Translations under genes and position numbers: made by a program | Part shown: positions 36,865 to 40,431 of the stretch, piece by piece | Layout: the number at the start of each line of letters is the position of its first letter | How positions within the stretch are numbered: position 1 is the stretch's first letter | DNA from: Chiloscyllium plagiosum | Lineage: Eukaryota | DNA: 40,431 nucleotides | NCBI RefSeq assembly: GCF_004010195.1 | Contig: NC_057711.1 | Coordinates: 73,944,881-73,985,311 of the forward strand | Direction: 5' to 3' | The notes under the pieces: generated by a model | Databases searched by the model: none | What the model was told of the DNA's origin: nothing | The model's input: only the letters and a program-made list of their open reading frames with translations

Positions 36865-36990
36865 CTATTTGTATCGTGCTTTCAGATGTAGCAAACACAG
36901 GGGTTCTCTTCCACAGCCACGATCTTGAAGCCAATGGCATATGCTCACCAGACGATGTGCTCGGATAAGCATCTGTGTATGAAGCACAAG
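36865..36990 (-). CDS. Exon a (CASYTDAYPSTSSGEHMPLASRSWLWKRTPVFATSESTIQI-E)
   Basis: ttttattttag|CT...G|gtaaaa; 126 nt; phase 1-1. Confidence 0.75.
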   Translation of the reverse strand, partial: LVLHTQMLIRAHRLVSICHWLQDRGCGREPLCLLHLKARYK

Positions 36991-38119
36991 CTAAAATAAA
37001 ACATTTGATTCATTGTCACTCTTTAAGCTTGGATTGGTTTGAGACCTTCTCAGATTATCATGCAATCAGAACTCTGGCAGACTTGCTAAAATAATTTGGC
37101 CTATAGGTCAACATAATTGACATTTTGCCCAGTTTACTGTACTCCCTTCTTGAAGGTATCAAGATGTGTTGGGGTGTCATGACATCAGAAACAGTTTTTG
37201 GGTGTCTTGTCCATACACTTATTCTTTACATGAGTTTGGACGGTCAATGACTGCAGCCTTTTTTTCCTCCCACTCATCAAAAGACACAGCTTTTGCTTCT
37301 TCAATTTGAACATGGATAGTTTCAAAATAATATTGTTAAAATACTGTTAGATATTATTTAACACAATTTGGAATAGTATATCTATTTATTTTGTGAAAGT
37401 TTATTGATTCTTTTTAAATATTTGTATGTGGCTTATTCAAGAAAGGAATTAATGAACTTGAATTAAATTTGATTAATATAAATTAATTGAAAGTGAAAAT
37501 GCAAGGTAAATGACAGAGAACTGCCAGCAGTGTTAAATTAAAATTTAACACATATGTTCTTGCACTTCTTTCAGACATAATGAGGCTAATTACACAGAGG
37601 CAGCAAAGTAACATAAACTCTAGCCACTCTTGATTGCATATCAGGAAGTCACAAACATTCTGAGCCATTGGATTTTTAAAGTTCCAATGTCCTTGTCTTG
37701 ATCTGTGATCAGTCCATTCTTGACTGAAATGCACACCTGAATGCCAGAAAGGAGATAATCCATTTGACAAAAAAAAAGGGCAGCAATATTTTGTTGCAAA
37801 TGTTTTAAAACACTGAACCTGCACAGCCTGTTCAGGTTCAGAAAATACATTGCAGAGATTCTTTTTTAAGAATTTAATTAATGTTGTGAAATATAAGGTA
37901 TGTTGGGTTAGAAACAACCATCTCCAGCTTGGTTTGGGGGCCACCAATTGAGTGAAGGATTTTGCATAACCTCACTCAGCACATATCCTGAACAGAGGGA
38001 CCCGAGGTCAGTCCACAGCAAAACCCCAAAGCAAAGCCAAGCCACAGTCAAATGATTAACATTTTCTTCAGGATCCAGGTTGGCAAGTCATTGTAGTTTT
38101 TACCAGTATGAGGACTCAA

Positions 38120-40431
38120 AACAGCAAAAGAGGCCTGAATTGAGTAAGAGAACTGATTTTTCCAGAGCGGCGAGGAGAGAAGGAGTGGTGAAGCGAGGGA
38201 TGCTGGGAAGGGTGAGTTTTCCCACATTAAAAGGGATTTACCTCGGGAATCGGGCCTCCATTTGCTGAGAAGTGCGAGGGAGGAGCGAAGGACTTCTGGG
38301 AAGTCATATATTTGTGTGGTTGCGTTACCCGAAACGCTACTCGGGTAGTGTCTCCCACCCATCCTCCTCCTCCTCTAACCAAAAAAAAAGGTTCTGTGTG
38401 CCAGATTGGTAAGGTAACGTGTTTATTTTTTATTCCTTATTTTATCAACAGTCTCTTTGGGAATTTAAAATTGTGGGAATGGAGGTGAGGGCAGTTGAAT
38501 GTTCCTCCTGCAGAATGTGGGAGATAAGGGTCACCACTAGTATCCCTGCTGACTACATCTGAGGGAAGTGCACCCAACTCCAGCTCCTCGAAAACCATGT
38601 TAGGGAACTGGAGCTTGAGCTGAATGAACTTCGGATCATTCGGGAGGCAGAGGGGGTTATTGAGAGGAGTTACAGGGAGGTAGTCACTCCTCAGGTACAA
38701 GAAAAAGGCAGGTGGGTTACAGTCAGGGGACAGAAAAGGAACCGACAGGCAGTGCAGGGATCCCCTGTGGCCATTCCCCTCAACAATAAGTATACCGTTT
38801 TGGATACTGTTGGGGGGGGGCACAGGGCTCTGACGCAGAGTCTGGCTGCTCAGAAGGGAAGGGGAAAGAGGAGCAGAGCAGTAGTCATTGGGGACTCCAT
38901 AGTTAGAGGGACAGAAAGGAGGTTCTGTGGGGACGAGACAGATTCACGGTTAATGTGTTGCTCCCAGGTGCCAGGGTTTGTGATGTCTCTGATCGTGTTT
39001 TTGGAATCCATAAGGGGGAGGGGGAGCAGCCCCAAGTCATGGTACACATAGGCACCAACGACATAGGTAGGAAGAAAGATGAAGAAAGACAGAAAGTCAG
39101 GAAGCTAGGATGGAAACTTAGAGCTAGGACGAACAGAGTTGTTGTTTCTGGTTTGTTGCCCGTGCTACATGCTAGTGAGGCAAGGAATAGGGAGAGAGAG
39201 GAGTTACATACTTGGCTACAGGGATGGTGCAGGAGGGATGGTTTTGGATTCTTGGATAATTGGGGCTCTTTCTGGGGTAGGTGGTACCTCGACAAGTAGA
39301 GTGGTCTTCATCTGAACCAGAGGGGTACCAATATCCTGGGGGGTCATTCGCTAAGGCTGTTGGGGTGGGTTTAAACTAATCCAGCAGGGGGATGGGAACC
39401 AAAATTGTAGGTAGAGTATAGAAAAGGTTGAGAGTAGGGAGGTCCGAAATCAAGTTTCAGGGACGCAAGATGGCACCGGCAAGCAAGAAGTGTGTCTACT
39501 TCAACGCCAGGAGCATCCGGAATAAGGTGGGTGAACTTGCAGCATGGGTTGGTACCTGGGACTTCGATGTTGTGGCCATTTCAGAGACACGGATAGAGCA
39601 GGGACAGGAATGGTTGTTGCAGGTTCCAGGGTTTAGATGTTTCAGTAAGTACAGAGAAGATGGTAAAAGAGGGGGAGGTGTGGCATTATTGGTCAAGGAC
39701 AGTATTGCAGTTGCAGAAAGGATGTTTGGGGACTCGTCAAATGAGGTAGTTTGGGCTGAGGTTAGAAACAGGAAAGGAGAGGTCACCCTGTTGGGAGTTT
39801 TCTATAGGTCTCCAAATAGTTCCAGAGATGTAGAGGAAAGATAGCAAAGATGATTCTCAATAGGAGTGAGAGAGACAGGATAGTTGTCATGTGGGACTTC
39901 AACTTTTCAAATATTGACTGGGAACACTAAAGTATGAGTCCTATAGTTGGGTCAGTTTTTGTCCAGTGTGTGCAGGAGGGCTTCCTGACACAGTATGTAG
40001 ACAGGCCAACAAGGGGCGAAGCCACATTAGATTTGGTACTGGGTAATGAGCCCAGCCAGGTGTTGGACTTGGAAGTAGGTGAGCACTTTGGTGATAGCGA
40101 TCACAATTCTGTTATGTTTACTTTAGTGATAGAAAGGGATAGGTGTATACCACTGGGCAAGAGTTACAGCTGGGGGAAAGGCAATTACGATGCGATTAGG
40201 CAAGATTTAGGAAGCACAGGATGAGGAAGGAAACTGCAGGGAATGGGCATATTAGAAATGTGGAGCTTATTCAAGGAAAAGCTCCTGGGTGTCCTAGATA
40301 AGTATGTACCTGTCAGGCAGGGAGGAAGCTGTAGTGTGCGTGAGCTGTGGTTTATGAAGGAAGTGGAATCGCTGGTCAAGAGGAAGAAGAAGGCTTATGT
40401 TAGGATGAGATATGAAAGCTCAGTTAGGGCG
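38120..40431 (+). mobile_element. CR1 LINE 5' half: 5' UTR, ORF1 (Zn finger plus SGNH esterase), start of ORF2; runs off the window
   Basis: ORF1 from ATG 38479 (MEVRAVECSSCRMWE..GKC), VVIGDSIVRG, VHIGTND, GLHLN; ORF2 YFNARSIRNK..AISET, LDLVL, SDHN; disrupted. Confidence 0.95.

Noticed and set aside
37230..37343. Candidate upstream exon (..EEAKAVSFDEWEEKKAAVIDRPNS)
   Set aside because: Has a phase-1 donor, but the nearest good acceptor puts TAA in frame; unresolved.
1..40431. CRISPR array or prokaryotic operon/defence system
   Set aside because: No regularly spaced repeats or dense intact ORFs; content is vertebrate introns and retroelements.

Overview
This is eukaryotic genomic DNA, most likely from a cartilaginous fish (inferred from HE1-type SINEs, CR1 LINEs and Penelope-derived fold-backs); it is not prokaryotic and has no CRISPR, rRNA or tRNA genes. 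It contains: (1) 11 phase-compatible GT-AG exons on the - strand (36990 down to 11005, 1475 nt, about 491 codons) of a coiled-coil protein gene I cannot name, open at both ends; (2) a decayed Gypsy-group LTR retrotransposon with the Gmr1-type order gag(SCAN-like)-PR-IN-RT-RH, an intact 3' LTR, a nested SINE and a nested antiparallel solo LTR; (3) two long CR1 LINEs and many fragments; (4) a Tx1-type LINE 3' end with a doubled hairpin tail, inserted in a SINE head; (5) most notably, several short Penelope-derived insertions, mostly fold-back and TSD-flanked, carrying minimal hammerhead-ribozyme cores (CUGANGA-A-stem II-GAA-palindromic ACGU or AGCU). Family names rest on motif recognition by eye, not database searches. 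Most ORFs in the supplied track are spurious or are transposon fragments.
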